A stretch of 64,000 bases of DNA from Paraspadella gotoi (lineage: Eukaryota > Animalia > Chaetognatha). Position numbers and translations under genes: made by a program. Each line of letters starts with the position of its first letter. Positions within the stretch are counted from its first letter, which is position 1. The stretch is from contig CM119265.1 of NCBI GenBank assembly GCA_051294375.1, positions 14,190,124 to 14,254,123 of the forward strand, in the 5' to 3' direction. Positions 1 to 11,103 of the stretch are shown here, piece after piece. A model generated the notes under the pieces. It ran no database searches and was not told the origin of the DNA. It worked only from the letters and a program-made list of their open reading frames with translations.

Positions 1-485
1 CCTCTCGCCCTCGATTCCTCATTAGGATCGGCCATTTTCTCTGATTCTGTCATTTCCTTCCTTTCTCCTCATCTCAACCTCCCCTCGCTTTCCAAGTCCC
101 TGAGACCCTATTATTAATCTTATTTGGAAGATTCATCATCTCGTTTTATTCGCGCTTCTTTCGTCGACAAAATTGTCATTTCTCATCAAACGACAAAATT
201 GTCATTTCTCATCAAACGACAAAATAATGATGGATTCGATCGAAGCCGTCGAGGTCGTTGACGAGAAACTTGACGCATTGCCCGTCGCCGCCGATTCCGA
301 TTCCTCCTTTGAAACCTCCTTTCCACTTTTTAGTCGACTTTTCAAATTTGTAATGCCATCTCAAACTATTTCTCCTCTTCCTCCATTCTCTCTTCTTCTT
401 CTTCATTCTCCTCTTCTCCCTCCGTCTCTTGCTCCTCCTCTTCCTCCATCTCTTCCTCCGCCATCCTCTCTTCTTCTTCTTCCTC

Positions 486-3400
486 CTACTGCACCGGCGA
501 GTCGACGTCCGCAATCCCCGATTTCTCGCAAAAGATTCTCATGTCGTGGATTTCATCCCAATCCGACCACCACATGGAACCCTCCCCCCAGTCTTTGTCA
601 AGCTGGTGGGGATCCCCGGCGGAGAGATCCAGCATTGGAATGATGGCCTGGTGATGGTCATCGTCGCCTCTACCCAAGGCGGCCTGTGCCTTTTCAAGGT
701 TAGACGTCTTGGCCACGATTGTTTTACCGTTCTTCCCTTCTTTCACTGCGCAAAACCAGGATTCAAGATCTAGAAAAAAAAGAAGCCTTTTTTTTTTTAA
801 TGATTCAAGATTTCAAGATTCAACTTCAGTCGAACGTTTGAACTAATTTTTTTTTTTTCTGATAAGTAAACAGAGCAAACAAATAATTGCGGGAACTAGT
901 TATGATGTTTTTAATTGTGTCGGGGCGCAACCCAGGACCATTCTTGTTTTCATACTATATTCTTTTGCGATACAATTAATGGTTAATTTTAATATTCAAC
1001 CCCTTATCCAAATACAGGGCTCTAGGGCTGCACTCCCAGAAGGCCGGCAAAAAATGCTCAAAATTTTTTTTTAGAAAGTTCGTTTTTTCGTTAGGATATT
1101 GCATTGATGTCTTAATCTTATAAAAACATTTTTAAATCAATATTAATAAATTTCAGTTTATAAGTGGTCTTGATTTTTTTTAAATTGAAAATATATTTTA
1201 GTTTATAATAGTGGTCATGAGTTTTATAAAATTGGAAAAAAAATTGGACCCGTTCCATTGCTGCCGAGCTTACCTAGCGCCTTATCCACAATGTTACTGT
1301 AAATCTATATTATAATTGATGAGCAACATATTTTATTACGCTTGACCGCGAACAAAAAATATATACACTTTTACCAGTTCAATCAAAGACCTGGCCCTAT
1401 AACCTCACCTGGCATGCCCGAGTCTTCACAAGCACGCCTCATTTCTCTAATATGATCCCAATCTTTCCACCATATAGAGCCTTCTTCCCAGTCTCTGTCA
1501 AGCACATGGGGATCTCCAGAAAAATTATCCAGCATTGGAATGACGGACTGGGGGTTACTATCGGCGCCATGTGACAAGGCGGCCTGTGCCTTCTCAACGA
1601 TCGATGTCTTTGCCGTGATTATCATAGCTTCTCCGCGTTGGATCACCGAGCAAAACCAGTAATGAGGCTCTGAAAAGTTGTTAGGAAATAATTTATTGCA
1701 TCTGACCAACTTACCAGTTTGCTGTAAAATGCTCAAAATCTTTACATCATAAAATCATTGGCTTTAAACGTATATGCAGTTTACATAATTTACATAGATA
1801 CTGAATCAATCAAAGAACTTGCTTGCTTGTCTCACCCGGTGTGCCAGATTTTTCACAGACTTTTCTCATCTTGCAGATGTGATTCCAATCCCACCACCAC
1901 ATATTACCCTCCCCCCAGTCCTTGACGAGCTGGTGGGGATCCCCGGCAATTCCATCTATCATTGGAATTATGGCCTGGGGATGTTCTCTGTCGCCTTTCG
2001 ACAAGACGGATTGTGCTTTCTCAAGTTTTAAAGTCTTTGCTACAATGTTCAAAGTGTTGTTCCTATCTTCCACAGAGCAAAACCATGCTGTCGGCTCTAA
2101 AAAGTAGAAAAGGATAGATATTGATAGAGAAGGATAGATATAAGTATGGCCGAGAATTCAATTTGTGTAATTGCGTGACATATTTCCTTATTGCAAACGA
2201 TGCAGCGACTAACATAATTCCAGTCCCGGACATATCACCTGGCATGCCCGACTCTTCACAGGCGGTTCTCATCTTGGGGTTCTGCAGCCACTCTTTCCAC
2301 TTAAAGGAACCGTCGCTCGAATTTGCCACATCGTGCGGGTCCATGGCGTGATTATCGAGCATCGGAATGATGGCTTTGGTTAGCTGGGGGCCCACTATTG
2401 TAAAGGCGGATTCCGCCTTCTTGAGGTCAAAGGTTTTTATGGCAATATCCATTTTATCTCCGCTGTCGACCACGGAACAATACCAGCCCTTGGATTCTGA
2501 TATTCGGGAAGGGTTGAGAGAGGTGAGCGGCAAAAAAAAAAACAAAAAAAAAAACGCGGCAAGTTTAAAGACGTGACCATTTCCGACCTGGCATTCCCGC
2601 ATCTTCGCATTTCGATTTCATCTCATAAATGTGGAACCAATCTCTCCACCAATTTCGGCCCAAATTATCCTTAAGAGAGTGAGGATCTCCGGCGAAATTA
2701 TCGATCATTGGGATAATGGCTTGAGGATGGTATTCGGATCCGCGAAGCAATGATTTTTGAGCCATCTCGAGATCGTAGGTCTTCAAAACCACACCCTTCT
2801 CCTCCGTTAGGACGCAGTACCAGTGGACCGAGTCTAACCCAAAAGTATAAGCGAAAACCAAATGAAGATTGTAAAAAATTAATAATAACAATAATAATAA
2901 TAATAAGAAGAAGAAGAAGAAGAAAAAGAAGAATAAGAACAAGAAGAAGAACAAGAAGAATAACAAGAAGAAGAAGTAAATCAATCTTATATTCAAAACG
3001 AAGTTCGTTATTTTACTCGGATATCCCGAGTCCCGGCAATCTTTCTTCATTTCTTCGATCGCCATACGACAGACATCCCCACGATACAATGGTTCTCCGG
3101 CAAAGTCATCCATCATCGGAATGATGGCGTTTTTTGTCGAATGTCGCCGCGAGAGCGTCTGCTGGACTTTTTCGAGATCATAGGACTTGATTAAAATTCC
3201 GTCCTTCTCATCGGCCGCGCAGTACCACTTTTTGGGACCTGACAGGGTTCAGTGTTTTTTCTCTAAATCTCAATAAGAAAAAAAAAACTACCCAGTTAGT
3301 ATTGGCTCACCCGGTATTGCTGTATTTTCGCATTCCGCTCTGAGTTCGTTCAGCTGTGGCCAATTATTCAACCACATGGATCCATTTTTCCATTTCTGAG

Positions 3401-4996
3401 GAAGCGTGGTCGGATCTCCGGCCACGTTGCCCGACATCGGGATGATCGCTTGAGGAATGATTTCCTTTCCGCGAATCAGAGAATTTTGAGCCTCACGAAG
3501 ATGGGTTGTCTTCAAACGAATTCCTTTGTCTTTCCTAACGACGCAGTACCACTTTTGAGGTCTTTTAAGGTCTAAAAGAAGATTTTTGTTTTTTAATCGG
3601 ATCTGCTTTCAGCAAATCCCGACTCTATAATTCACTTTGTCGGTCCGTCGGTCCGCCCCCTCAATCTTGTCGGGCATTCACTTATATCATGTCAGAACAT
3701 CGAATTATGATAAATTATGCAGAAAAAACGATGTCCGTCCGACCGTCTGTCTGTCCGTCCGTCCCACCTTAGCAAAAAACATTAATTACTCGTGATTGGA
3801 TGGATGGATTGGAATAAAATTTCGTGTGTGGGTAGGGAAGTGTGTGATTGAGCTGGATATGAAGTTTCAATGGAATCGTCCGAGTGGAAATGAGTTTAAA
3901 TGGAAAAAACAAAAAAATATATTTTACTATTTGAACACCAATTACTCACGAGTGGATGGGGCGATTGACTTGAAATTTTGTATTTGGGTAGAAATGTGTG
4001 TTATTAAAGTGGAAATCAAGTTTTGATGGAATCGTTTGAGTGGAAATGAGTTTAAATGGAAAAAACAAAGAACCCGTTTCACTAATTGATTATGCTTCTT
4101 TTTCTTTTTATTTTCAATGTAAATGCAAGATGTATTAATAAATCAAATAATTAATCAGTTAATTAATCAATTAGTCAATTAATTAATCAATAATTAATTA
4201 ATCAGTTAATTAATCAATCAAAACAAACATTTTGGATCAAATTAATTATTTAATTGCATAATTAATTAAATAATTAACTTGAATAAATTAATTATTAATT
4301 AATTAAATAATTAATTAACTTGAATTAAATATTAATTATTTAATTAATTAATAAATTATAAATAATAAATAAATAAATAATTAATAAATAATAAATTAGT
4401 GGGCAGATCCGACATTGTTTGCTCAAACGTGTTTAATTTACAACTTTTTTTCCCCCTTTTTTCCCCCCGAATGTTAAGAAAATTGAGGAAGAGCGCGCGT
4501 TCACCTTGATCCTTGCAATTCGTTCCCTGGCAATCGTCATCGTCATCTGAATCGCTTTCTTCGACAGGCGGTCTTTGAGGAATTATCATTTCATTTTCTT
4601 CGCAGTCCGTGTCGTAGTAAAGCCGAATGTTTCTTTCAGAAAATAAACGTCAGAAGAGTCGAACACTACCGATTTCTTTGCTCGATTTATTCGCAAGCAG
4701 CGAACTTACCTCATCAACGCGAACCGATTCCCCTCCGTGTCCGGTGCGGCATCGTCAACGACCAACAGAAGGCAGTTCCACTCTCCGTTAATGGGTTGAG
4801 TAAACCTGACCTGACGGACGTCGTAGCCCGAAGCGAAGGAAGCTGTGGAGAGAGAATTTGAATTGGATTGTATTAAGGAAACGGGCTTTGGGCTACGTTG
4901 TGCCCCTCAAAGCTACATCAATTTACAAAATGATATTTAAGGATATAAACGAAAATCGGGTAGAGTTTTTATCCTAAACATGTTTCATGAAATCTT

Positions 4997-5049
<53 letters not shown>

Positions 5050-7296
5050 AAATAACCGCCGCCGTCTTGATAGAAGAGAGAATACAGCTCACCGGCAGCG
5101 TCGTCTCCTTCCTTCAATTCGTAAACGAGATTGTCGAAATAGTTGTATTTTAGCTGTTCATGAGAATAATCTTCATGGAAAAACCTTCGGCTCTCAACGC
5201 AGTCCGAATCTGTCCAAGAAAAAGTATAAAACTGATTAGAAACGGACAGTTTTTAGAGTATTTTCTTTAATAAAATAATATTCATAAAATTACCGTGACT
5301 GACGTATAATCGCATCTTCGTAGGTTGATAGTAACTCACATCCAAATGTCCGTCGTATATATCGACCGGGTATCTGAGTAAAAAAACTCGTTTTTATCTC
5401 GCGTGGTTATATCGATTCATCCAACTTTGCCAACCGATAATATTTTTCTTCCGCGAACCGAAAGATCCCTCGACCGAACCAGAGAATATTCACGTGACTT
5501 CGGCTCTTCCTTGCTCATATCTGAATTTACCAGTCACCAACTTCTTCTTACCGGCTTTGCCAGCTCATTCCCAGAATGGCCTTTCTCTTTCTCCGCGTTC
5601 CCAGATGCATCATAACGCCCGTTCTTCCCGGCCTCGGTTGACCGTCGGATGAAAAAGGCTCTACGAATAGAGAATAGTGAATCGGGACTCTAACAAACAC
5701 CCTCTCTGGATAAAGAGCCTCTCACGGCCTCACTTGAAAACCAATAGCAATGATCGCAGGTCGCGTTCCACGCCACGAATTCTGCCTTTTCGACATCATT
5801 ATAAAATTCGCCCTGAAATTCCAAATTGCATTGCATGGCTTTAAAAACGTGGTCCATCGGACCCTGGTCAACTTGTAGTCGGGCAATGCCTAGGTTCACC
5901 CCGCCAATAAGCATGACTCTTTCAGTTGTGACCAGGTGGCTCATTGAGTAAAGCCATCAGCTCATGACCACTAGGTGCGGGAAGAGTGAGGATGGCCGTA
6001 AGCCGCCTTGGGGGCGTGGCAAACCCTCAAGCCTGGTTCCAAGCCCAGGAACCGTTCCATGTCTGCTAGAGGAGGTTATAGAAATTACGGATAGTCATCT
6101 TCTGCCCACTTAGCGCCTTATCCACAAACTTTCCGCGTCTCACCTCTTCTTCCGTGAGAGCCAAGGATCCCCAATTGGGGACATCGATCCGTTCGCCTTT
6201 GGCGCCGCTGATGGTGAAGGCATGGAATGCGTCCACTTCACTAATTGTCAAAATACCTTAGGAAACATAAAAAACTTTTAAAAAGTGGCGTATCGCTGTG
6301 GGTGGGGAGTAAAGCGTAGCAAAAATATTAAAATCAAGTATAATCAAAATTCGAATAATAGATCATGAACATTTTTAAATAAAAAATATTATTTTTTGGG
6401 GGGTCAATTTTCGCATTAGCCAAAAATTATACAATATACATAGTACTCACTATAGAAAATGTCAAAATTTTAAAATGGTTTTTCCTTATTTTTAAAAGCA
6501 GATTCGAATTGATAAAAGGAAATATTGTGGACGAACATATCAAACACGCAACCTCGGTCGAACCACTTGACCTTAACAACCTGACCCCGCTCGGTTCCCC
6601 CAGTTTATACGTGGTCAAATCGTTGACCTTTGTAAATACCATTGTAATAGACTTAGCATCTGAGCATTTTGATTGTTATTGTTTATAATCTTGTTGAAGA
6701 ATAAATCATTCTTGATCTGAAACTTGTGTCGTCCATAATATAACTCTTTTTAAAAAAAAATTTCTGTAAGTGGGTCAAAATCCTTAAAAACTGTTATAAT
6801 TAACCTACAATTAAATTTTAATATAAAAATATAGTTTTTTTAATTTTTAGATAACTTAATGAAATAATTTTTGATTAAGACTTATACTTTCTTATATAGG
6901 AACTCGAATCTGTTTTCAAAACTTAAAAAAAAACTATTTTAAAAATTTGATATTTTTTATAGCCATTATAGACATTTTTTATGTATAAATATGGGCTAAT
7001 GCGAAAATTAAGAAATTCTTTAGTACAAGACTGTTCATGATCAACTATTCGAATTTTGATCTGCAACTTCCACTAGGCCTTAGTGGGGAGCCCTGCTAAC
7101 GATAGTTTCTTCTCCCACATAATCACATTGTTAACATAATTTATTTATTGCTATCATTTGGACGAAATTCACTTTGAGTGCTTTCACTGTTGATCGTTTC
7201 CCCGTGCATCCCATCGTGACGGAAACCAACGATATCGCAACATCCCGCCAGATTCACCAAAAACGTTGCTTGACAGATCAACCAGAGAACTTTCAT
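486..7296 (-). CDS. Uncharacterised secreted protein (~823 aa) with seven tandem exon-encoded Trp/Cys repeats
   Basis: 13 phase-compatible GT-AG exons: 7173-7296, 6144-6240, 5294-5373, 5093-5209, 4710-4842, 4505-4632, 3311-3571, 3017-3238, 2588-2833, 2239-2496, 1836-2096, 1409-1669, 486-769 (2472 nt, open to stop). Starts MKVLWLICQATFLVNLAGCC (signal peptide-like), has RKKR across exon 2/3, an acidic linker, then 7 repeats W[YF]C..KT..L..AQ..L..G...PQAIIPM....AGDP...W..G..WW..W....MR..CE.SG.PG. Confidence 0.85.
3605..4075 (+). mobile_element. Non-autonomous Helentron-associated (HINE/DINE-1-like) element in an intron
   Basis: GTCY microsatellite tracts (gtcggtccgtcggtccg; gtctgtctgtccgtccgtcc), the motif attgacttgaaattttg, and a ~155-bp internal tandem duplication (about 3783-3935 and 3940-4070). 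Confidence 0.5.
5877..6089 (-). repeat. Dispersed GC-rich repeat, copy 1 (inverted relative to 31480-31731)
   Basis: The reverse complement aligns along its length with 31480-31731, e.g. tcctgggcttggaaccaggcttgagggtttgcc, tagtggtcatgagctgatggctttactcaa, ggcggggtgaacctaggc. Confidence 0.9.
6343..7060. mobile_element. MITE-like element with imperfect terminal inverted repeats
   Basis: atcaaaattcgaataatagatcatgaac pairs with gttcatgatcaactattcgaattttgat; an inner pair ttttcgcattagcc / ggctaatgcgaaaa lies at about 6407 and 6994. Confidence 0.6.
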
Positions 7297-7582
7297 GATT
7301 ACCCTCCAAAAAATTACAAAAAAAACAAAAAAAAAACCAGAAATTAGTAGAAGCGAAATCCTTGGCCCCGATTTACGGCTGTTTGTTTCAGAGCGATCGC
7401 GTTTTCTCGGTATTTGTGGAACTATGGATATTTAACTATGGATTTAACTATGGATATTTATATTGGATAATACTGTTAATAAATTACATTCAGCTTTTTC
7501 TAATTACTCTCCGTTTTTTTTTATTTACACTTTGTTTTGTTAGTATAGTATCACTTTTCCCCTACGTTTTCCGCTCTTTGGT

Positions 7583-7660
7583 ATGAAATTGGTACAACCA
7601 ATACGAAATTATTGACTCAATAAATAAACAAGATATCTTGGCCCTGACTTCGGACTGGCT
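7583..7660 (+). repeat. Short dispersed repeat (second copy at 37487-37565)
   Basis: Both copies share atgaaattggtacaaccaata...aaattatt...taaataa...ccctgactt.ggac.ggct. Confidence 0.8.
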
Positions 7661-7911
7661 ATGTAAGTACGTAGATTTTATCCTCCTTTTGCTCTTCCTT
7701 TCGTTTTCCAATTCCTTTTTTCGATTTCCCGTTATTATATATATTTCAAACTTGAAATCTAAAAGTTGAGTTTTGCGAATGAAGGAATCGGTTTTTTTTT
7801 TTGGTTTTTTTTCATTCTTTACAACTTTCAGTCCACAACAAACAAAAGATTACAAAAATAAAAAAAATTTGGGAGCTGGAAGGGGGGAGATGAAATATGG
7901 GGCTCTCTTTT

Positions 7912-8193
7912 CCAAAAGCGCACCATATCTATTCTTTATACCTAAACTTATTTGTAAATTTGATATTTAATCCTAATGTATTTCCTATTGCTTAATCCTT
8001 AACCCTAATCGTTAACCTTAACCTAATTTCTAATCCTCATCCATAATTTAATCCTTAATTCCTAACCCTAATCCTTAACCTTATTTCTTAATTCTAATCC
8101 TTAACCCTAAACCTTAACCCAATCTCTATCCCTAACCCTTAACTTAATCATTAAACCTAAATTATGAATTTACGGTGAATTTGGGCGCTTTTG
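7912..8193. mobile_element. Small element with short inverted ends around degenerate telomere-like (CCCTAA/CCTTAA) repeats
   Basis: ccaaaagcgc at about 7912 and gcgcttttgg at about 8185 flank an array of ccctaa/ccttaa/cctaat units at about 7970-8160. Confidence 0.55.
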
Positions 8194-9234
8194 GGCAAAG
8201 AAAGAAACAACGAGAACAAAAAAGAAAAATCATCGGGAAAATTTTTTTTGGAAAAGATGGAAAACATGTTTCCTGGCTCCGTTTCTAAACTGCCAATATG
8301 CGCTGAAAAAGAAATTTTTAAAAAAATATTTTTTTTTTTTTTTAAATCGTGTTATGTTTAATTCTAAAAAAAAATTTGGAGGAAAAAATGTTTTTTCTTT
8401 TGGGTCAAAGATGAGAGATTCCAAAAAAAAAATTGAGATGTTTATATAAATATAGACGAACGAATGATATTTTATTTAAATATTCCGCAATAAACTTGCG
8501 CCTTTAGTTTGGCAAAATGAGAATAATAAAACGGAATAATTAACGGATGTTTTTGTCAACTGTCGCGTTCGTTTCGCCAATTCAAAATACTCTTGAGAAA
8601 TGCGATTTTCGTTGTTGTCGTTATACCTTCGCTGGAAGTCAGGTTTTCAACTCGTCGATATCCAAATCCCCTTGTCTCTTTGTCCTCACGGATGTCATTT
8701 TCTTCGCAGAGTCGTTCTTATCCTCTCAAAAACTAAAACGCTCCATCTCTCCCCGACGATTCTGAAATTCCGAATCCCGGATACAATTTCCCGCCAAATA
8801 ATCTAAATTCTTCCTCCCGTAGAGATCCCGGATGTATATATGTAGGTAAATTTCTCCTTGGTGACTTCCGTTTCGTATTCCTCGACGGCTCCAGCGACGA
8901 AAGGGGTTGCCGTCCCGCGCCGTAGGAGTTTTAGAGATTCGACGACAAGCCTGAGGGGGTCAGGGTACTGTCGTCGCAGTCGTCGTCGAAGTCATGGTCG
9001 TCGCCATTGTCATTGTCATTGTAGGCGTCGGGGTCATCGTCGCTTGCTGACGTCGTCGCCTTGCTCGTTGGTCGATTGGATCGCTTCCCGCGGGGCCGTT
9101 ACTTGCATTGTACAATTCGTTGCTTGCGTCGATGCGAGAAATGTATTTATTCGAGAAGATATATTTACATAGACATAAACACTTTCCTAATTCAAATTTA
9201 CCGTTTGTCTACATAATAGGAAATTAATAAATAA

Positions 9235-9278
<44 letters not shown>

Positions 9279-9387
9279 AACAAAGGGGAAACTTGTGGGT
9301 GGAGATTCTTATTCGGGCGGTGGGAGAGTAAATAAGATGAAATTGATACTGGGGATGCGGGGTGGGAAGTGGGAGGGAAATAACGAG

Positions 9388-9388
<1 letters not shown>

Positions 9389-9472
<84 letters not shown>
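9389..9472. repeat. (GA)n microsatellite; similar tracts at about 5000, 10770, 11050, 13965, 35560, 36680, 37315, 39585
   Basis: Pure GA/TC dinucleotide runs seen directly; they produce the RERE and SLSL ORFs in the track. Confidence 0.98.
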
Positions 9473-9474
<2 letters not shown>

Positions 9475-10762
9475 TTTTCTGAAATTATAGCGTCAAATTT
9501 TCGTTAAAAAAATTACCAAAAAATATCATTAAAAATATGCGAGAAAAAAATAATTATTCGAAACCTAAGCTAACTCGAAGGAAGATAAAATAAGAACCCC
9601 AAGATGTTAGTGTCTCGTAGCGTTTGTTCCCTTTTTTTCAATTTTCGAACACAATAGCTTTTCGATTTTATTGTGATTTTCTCCTCTTGAAAGGAGAAAA
9701 CAATCCCCCGTTGAATGAATCATCTTGTTCTTTCTCGGTTCCCTGACCTTTGTGAAATATTAACGGTGAGATAGAACTCCTTTACTTCTCTCACATATTC
9801 TTCTTCACTCCCCTATATAAAATCCTCTTCCCCTTTTCCTTTCACCAAATCCCTAGTTTCTTTTTTTCCCTCCCTGCCCCTCCCACTCCTATCCCAATTA
9901 CGATACTCATCCTGAATCCTCGACTCCTGATTGGCTGAAGAATCCGACAACGTTAAGGTCGGGATTCCTTTTCTTGCCTCCTCGGCTACGAAACCTCATA
10001 TCAGTCCCAAGACTCAAGTCTCAAGATCAGAGAGACTCGAGACCCTGAGACTCAAAGAACCCGAGACCACTTCGATGCCTTCAAAGTTCAGGATCCACGT
10101 TCCTTTATTGTCCCTCCTCTTCCTCCTCCTCTTCCTCCTCTCGCCGCTCATTCCTGCCAACGATCTTTCGGCTTTTCTTGCAGTTCTGCTTTTTTTTCTC
10201 CCTTTTGAGCTGCAATAGCGAAAAAACGAAACCACGTACAACCGTTTCAAAGAACCAAAAATCTCTAAGCCTTTAGGTTTTGATTTTAAAACCTTGCATG
10301 GTTCTTTTTTTTTTTTTTTAACCACGAAATTTACGCTCGGTAATTTGAAAAAAAAAAATCTGAAAGACTTGTTTGTTCTTAACATTAACCAAGAAACATT
10401 CGAATTGTGAGTCGAAATCGAATACGGCTCGATTTTTTTAAAGCTCTTTAACTTTGCTTAATATTTTCTTCGCGCTTATACTCTTTATTCTTTATACTCT
10501 TTATTGATTTTTTTCTCTGTCACCTTTTTTTTTCATCTAATAAATCCCATCTCAACTTTTTCATTGACATTATTCGCTCAGTCAGCAAAAAGGAGAAGTT
10601 CTTTGAAACGTGATCTTTTGTTTCCTTTTTTAATAAGTTAATTGCGTTTCGATGTTGGTGGTGGCATCCTAATCTAATCAACTTTTTTTTCACTTTTTCG
10701 AAGAAAAACTTAAGCGAATATTTTCATCGTATTTGTCTCACGCTTGTTTCCCACTAGACGCA

Positions 10763-10802
<40 letters not shown>

Positions 10803-11044
10803 CGTCTCGTTGTCCGTTTTATTACTTTGACCCCGACAACGCTCGAGTATGACGAGTGTCTGTGACCAGACCTTACCTCGCAGTCGGGCCTCACTTTTCT
10901 CAATTTGTCGAGTAAGAGAATCCAGCAACGATAATTTTAACTACGTACATTCTTTTGAAAATACCGGAATGTTTTATATTTGTTTTTCTTCTTTCTGGTT
11001 GTCATTTTCTATCTTTACCTTAATACTTTCTTTGTTACTTCAAA

Positions 11045-11103
<59 letters not shown>

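Noticed and set aside
173-643. Pro/Leu/Ser-rich + strand ORF and Arg/Lys-rich - strand ORF (212-514)
   Set aside because: Products of a CT-rich low-complexity tract at the 3' end of the repeat-protein gene; no domain signal.
6066-6251. 61-aa ORF MTISEVDAFH...
   Set aside because: Wrong frame; the phase-compatible exon 6144-6240 reads KWTHSMPSP...RKKR.
6527-6742. Possible solo LTR (TGT start, AATAAA, short inverted ends)
   Set aside because: No clear CA end, TSD or second copy in the window.
8540-10240. GC-richer, exon-like segments with short ORFs
   Set aside because: No consistent spliced frame or recognisable motif found; probably UTR or non-coding sequence, though a small gene cannot be excluded.
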